In this document: positions 62,201-64,000 of the stretch, one piece after another
How the letters are laid out: each line of letters begins with the position of its first letter
Numbering within the stretch: position 1 is the first letter of the stretch
Assembly (NCBI GenBank): GCA_964199315.1
Contig: OZ116699.1
Coordinates: forward strand, 24,304,001-24,368,000
DNA: 64,000 nucleotides
Direction: 5' to 3'
Source of the DNA: Orbicella franksi
Lineage: Eukaryota
Translations under genes and position numbers: made by a program
Notes under the pieces: model-generated
Told to the model about the DNA's origin: nothing
Database searches by the model: none
The model's input: only the letters and a program-made list of their open reading frames with translations

Positions 62201-64000
62201 TTACATCCACATTTACTGAAACTCGGGGTCTTTGATTGACAGCTGGTTGAAGAGCCAATGGATACGGCTGAACGGCCAACGGTGATTGCGGTACTGCGTA
62301 GAATTGGCGTTTCTTTGCATTTTCCTTTTGTTTCATTTCTGAGGATTGGCCGAGTTTGCTTCTTAGACCAGTCTGCCTCTTGTCACCCATTTTTGGAATT
62401 TTGTATTTTCTTTGTCGCTGTAGCTCTTCTAATAACATGCCATTAGCCTTGATTCTATGATTTACAGGTAAGGTGTTGAACGCTGGCATCAAAATGCCAT
62501 TCTGCTTGAAAGTCTGCGGGAGAACTTGCATAGCTGGAAATCGTGTTAACAGTGAGATGCTTTGGCGCTTGTTGTGGTCTTTTTCCACCGCTGATTTTTT
62601 TGTAGTTTGCACGTTGATAGATACACGGGGATTGTTGTTGCTTGGCATCGGGGCAGCTCCGTTGTAAGGAATAGGAATTCCATAGGCGGGGATTAAACCT
62701 TGTGTTGAAGCGACAAACTGTCGTTTATGGAGTGTGTTTTTTACCTTTTTAGAATGTTTCTTTGGCACCGTTGATTTTGCCGCGACATTGACATTAATGG
62801 TAGTATGTTTTGGTTGTTCCTCTTCAGTTTGTATTGCTTGCTGGGGAACTGATTGCTCAGACACTGGGAGAACTGAAGCTCCCGGAAGGCCACTAGAGAT
62901 CATACCTTGAAAAGGAACTGCAACTTGTGGTTGGAAAGGTGCCTGCAAAGGTGCCTGCATAGGTGCCTGCAAGGGTGCCTGCAAAGGTGCCTGCAAAGGT
63001 TGTTGTATTGGTGCTCGCAATGGTACATTACCTCCACGAAAAGCAAGTTGCTGTGCTTGAGCCGGTATCATCATTGGTTGGCCTTGAGATGGTGATATTT
63101 GCTGAACTGAATTTTGTTGTAGCTCCTGCCTTTGACCAACCATTTCCGGATACTGTTGCTGCTGGGCAGCCTCGTTCTGACCTTGGAGCTGCTCGTTATC
63201 GTTTGACGCAGCTCCCTCCTCACGTGGTGCTTCTTCGCTTGTAGCAACAAATTGATTCTCTGGTGCATTTGAAAAATCGGGGTTAACTTGGTTTTGGTTA
63301 ATTTCCTGACCATTCTCTCCACCTCCTATAAGTTCGTCCCTTTTATCACCAGTTTTATGCTCCTCAAGATGCTTAGTATAACCTACTTTTGGAGACCTCC
63401 TTTCTTTTGTCATTGAAGGTATCCCATTCTTCTTTGCTGTCTCTACGTTAATGTTGATTCGAGGAGAGTTCCGATGGAAAGGGAACCCTTGTACACCATA
63501 ATTTAAAGCTGTGGGCAAGGTATAGTGACTTGTTAGTGCTGAATGCGGTAAGTAATTATATATTTGTCGTTTGAAAATACGTGGTCGGGAAAGAACATCT
63601 TGCTTGTTCTCCATTTTAGTGGCTTTGGGTATATGTGATTTTGATGCTTGTACGTCTACGTGGACTTTAGGTTTGTGATCGCTGTGATAAAGAGGATATC
63701 CAAGGAAGTTACGATAAAGTGCACTTAAGTAAGACGCCCATGGGTTAAGCGTCGGTGACTCACTGCCATCGTCTTCTGGTAATGTGCTAAATAGGTTGTG
63801 GATGGGTTGTGTAGGGAGATGAAATAAGGGAAGCGCTTCAGGGTAACTTGCATCGTCGGGTTCAGTTTCCTGAGGATGTGGCAAAGGTGGAAAGAAAAAA
63901 CGTGGCAGAGGTGAGTAAGGCGAGTACGGAAGAAAGTTATTCATTATCCTTGCTCCTTCTAATCCATGTAATCCCAGGGGAATGCCAGCAGAAATAGGTG
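59250..64000 (-). CDS. Giant low-complexity polyprotein C, more than 1580 aa, open at the window edge (N-terminus outside the window)
   Basis: The 1564-codon ORF continues without a stop to base 64000 (...PISAGIPLGLHGLEGARI-MNNF). It has 12 [KR]R|Q sites, 12 copies of a P-x-V-x-[VI]-x-V-[EQD]-x-x-[KR]-type motif, and Pro/Gln-rich module bodies. No Cys seen. Confidence 0.9.
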   Translation of the reverse strand, partial: PISAGIPLGLHGLEGARIMNNFLPYSPYSPLPRFFFPPLPHPQETEPDDASYPEALPLFHLPTQPIHNLFSTLPEDDGSESPTLNPWASYLSALYRNFLGYPLYHSDHKPKVHVDVQASKSHIPKATKMENKQDVLSRPRIFKRQIYNYLPHSALTSHYTLPTALNYGVQGFPFHRNSPRININVETAKKNGIPSMTKERRSPKVGYTKHLEEHKTGDKRDELIGGGENGQEINQNQVNPDFSNAPENQFVATSEEAPREEGAASNDNEQLQGQNEAAQQQQYPEMVGQRQELQQNSVQQISPSQGQPMMIPAQAQQLAFRGGNVPLRAPIQQPLQAPLQAPLQAPMQAPLQAPFQPQVAVPFQGMISSGLPGASVLPVSEQSVPQQAIQTEEEQPKHTTINVNVAAKSTVPKKHSKKVKNTLHKRQFVASTQGLIPAYGIPIPYNGAAPMPSNNNPRVSINVQTTKKSAVEKDHNKRQSISLLTRFPAMQVLPQTFKQNGILMPAFNTLPVNHRIKANGMLLEELQRQRKYKIPKMGDKRQTGLRSKLGQSSEMKQKENAKKRQFYAVPQSPLAVQPYPLALQPAVNQRPRVSVNVDVSKRKSAFPGRKRHGPLSSTSVKRRLPSFVEKLEAKENSKSKRQVYGMEQLPHMIPLPVVSPPLLSQVPSKNERPRVSVHVETAKKKNKLMSQNEPIKKERRQIYGLSELPHEGLPFPAINQGQALEYLPSSVHTPRVSVNVEASKRSDEEGSHDLISKRQVFGVQAPPAQPFEQAQEPIATINDQEPLQSDEPAQGSFSQSPIHVQEEPQLDQLSTAAINSNPATLQQQQAQELPSDAVPSQAGVSQIDYERPHVSVQVEASKRSNDKRKAGTIKTNSLKRSMPQLHQLEQEPEDYEPDVNEPETVANTGTLLGDQRPRVSVKVDVARKKHDISGTTSKKKIRTTVKRQFTVPFNEGSNTIQGNPIQNTQFLTGENQEENEQGVQQVSMLPQPQSESLEQQQEQEQEQEQPQPQQEQPLAFVQPMQQQQIQPFQTLTLPLEHKTQPKVSISVQTAKSLISTNNDRGKSFGHHKEQTPERKSRRQLFGTVPLLSSLGQTAVTGSVSKENGRSTVPQSTKGKIIKENRIQAGRKDKRTWKRQLYNYLGGQQEQQILPTQSLQSISEPQQEQASIQPIQAFQQDAGAQLTQMNLPQASLTQTNDQEASQPYLAQTEENQQGSVLTTQPQESSVSPINTFQRPHVSINVQTAKSLVPNPERKFHSHELETNMPRSHLATGKNHETKKFKRQFDLLGGGVIERRRGPKFVPEPLKKPREENLFGLGNNLNKPVEVFTDPISNLVAGGAAGRKRPKLGGIRLDSPTGVGALPLKGAANPLEGTLPSDLGAQAILQDSPAETAPPLAQEPGVTSEPLFRPPSGIAGPQLDTLEREGATNIPLSDLPSTGPAILPLPAINRAFLRNLPLPAAPLPQGNPLLLAPRMFPILPFAPPMAVPPVVEPPALQEPTPEPQQAPPPLAPMLPPVIPMPVPNIAPVPNIAPIPAQPSLFPEPEEDKPSVHVNVETSRSNVPVREHHSTQHANGSANRG

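Noticed and set aside
59260-63322. Antisense and alternate-frame ORFs over gene C
   Set aside because: Same shadow effect; the compositions mirror the main ORF.
40053-63944. SxIP motifs read as EB1 microtubule tip-localisation signals
   Set aside because: B and probably A have signal peptides and convertase-type sites, so the motifs would be luminal. This should be revisited only if C proves cytosolic.
40053-64000. Classical neuropeptide precursor or minicollagen assignment
   Set aside because: No repeated short identical peptides with Gly-basic ends, no Gly-X-Y collagen tract and no cysteine-rich domains.
1-64000. rRNA or tRNA genes
   Set aside because: No cloverleaf or rRNA-like segment was recognised by eye; tRNAscan-SE and Infernal would be needed to exclude them.

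Overview
Eukaryotic, AT-rich genomic DNA with GT-AG introns. The repeat landscape and gene content suggest an anthozoan cnidarian, probably a stony coral (inference). Left part (1-20 kb): three copies of an intronless orphan gene in graded states of decay (multiply broken, single frameshift, intact). It also holds a 5'-truncated L1/Tx1-type LINE, a Penelope-type terminal fragment with a degenerate hammerhead ribozyme, several MITEs, and exons of a death-fold plus degenerate caspase-like gene whose phase-compatible halves lie on opposite strands. Middle (22-38 kb): a 5-exon ZU5-ZU5-UPA gene with no death domain, a 4-exon LRRC75-like gene and an intronless LRRC74-like LRR/EF-hand gene. Right part (40-64 kb), the most striking signal: three tandem minus-strand genes for low-complexity, apparently secreted polyproteins with no Cys outside their N-terminal hydrophobic segments. 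They share one processing grammar: 18 [KR]R|Q sites, a recurrent [KR]-[ST]-x-[IV]-P motif ahead of charged linkers, and repeated amphipathic V-x-V-x-V beta-strand motifs or His/Pro/Val nonapeptide arrays. I interpret them as a possibly undescribed convertase-processed, self-assembling structural protein system. All homology calls are by eye; no searches were run.
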